DNA of 64,000 nt from Camelus ferus. Lineage: Eukaryota. Position 1 is the first letter of the stretch, and every line of letters starts with the position of its first letter. A program made the position numbers and the translations under genes. This document shows, piece after piece, positions 63,543 through 64,000 of the stretch. Location of the stretch: NCBI RefSeq assembly GCF_009834535.1, contig NC_045696.1, forward strand, positions 46,316,001-46,380,000, written 5' to 3'. The notes beneath the pieces are model-generated. The model saw nothing but the letters and a program-made list of their open reading frames with translations, ran no database searches and was not told the origin of the DNA.

Positions 63543-64000
63543 ACCGTCCCACTCATGTTTAAGAACACAGTGCTCATCTTCTAGAAATACAGTATGCATC
63601 TCTAGGTTAGAAAGATGTGAGTTAAAGAAGCCCCAAGGAAGGGCATCTGAAACACTGCTGGGATGGAGCACTGTCTTTGAAGGAGGCTCTTTTTGAATGC
63701 TGAAGGATCCCTGGTTTAAACCTATGGAATCATGGATAAAGCCAGCAAAGTATTGTTCACCCAAATTCTTGTGAATTCGAGTGAGTGGTAATGCCTTATA
63801 GTCCTAAAAATTTCCAGACAAATACCATCCCCATCCCTCCACAGCTCTCAATGCATGACTGTCTTAAACATTAGGGGAGAAATGTTATACACTGCTGTCC
63901 TCAGAGCAGATAAAAATAGAAACTACACATTTCTGCAGAAGTATAATTTAAATAAACTTACTATGGAAAAATAATGGAGCATTATAGCAAGTAGGACGTT

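Larger units (their letters stand above)
37157..64000 (+). other. BBX: BBX intron 2 (continues beyond the window)
   Basis: I did not see the BBX coding start (MKGSNRNKDH..., from memory) in the window; sequence is repeat-rich intron. Confidence 0.75.

Noticed and set aside
1..64000. Novel multi-gene or prokaryote-type system
   Set aside because: No coding genes, operons or arrays; the window is explained by a mammalian promoter, UTR exons, intron and known repeat classes

Overview
This is mammalian genomic DNA, almost certainly camelid, because it carries three Vic-1-type tRNA-derived SINEs with target-site duplications (TSDs). The left ~33 kb is repeat-rich intergenic sequence (L1, L2, L3/CR1, MIR, MLT1/ERVL LTRs, MER58B, MER8, MADE2). 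A ~3.1 kb CpG island at ~33.6-36.8 kb contains a CCAAT/TATA promoter and two non-coding exons on the + strand (~33735-33880 and 37084-37156). I recognise their spliced sequence from memory as the 5'UTR of BBX, an HMG-box transcription factor. The rest of the window is the start of the long BBX intron 2. I find no intact protein-coding sequence; the ORFs I examined look like chance, repeat-derived or GC-driven frames. I see no convincing novel multi-gene system. The most interesting signals are candidate recursive (AG|GT) splice sites and cassette 5'UTR exons in the intron, uORFs, a candidate alternative first exon, and several unusual retroposition products: a tailless 5' tRNA-Cys half, an L1-mobilised polyadenylated LTR fragment, an L1 with a short 3' extension, and nested insertions. 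Repeat subfamily names come from remembered consensus sequences and their boundaries are approximate.
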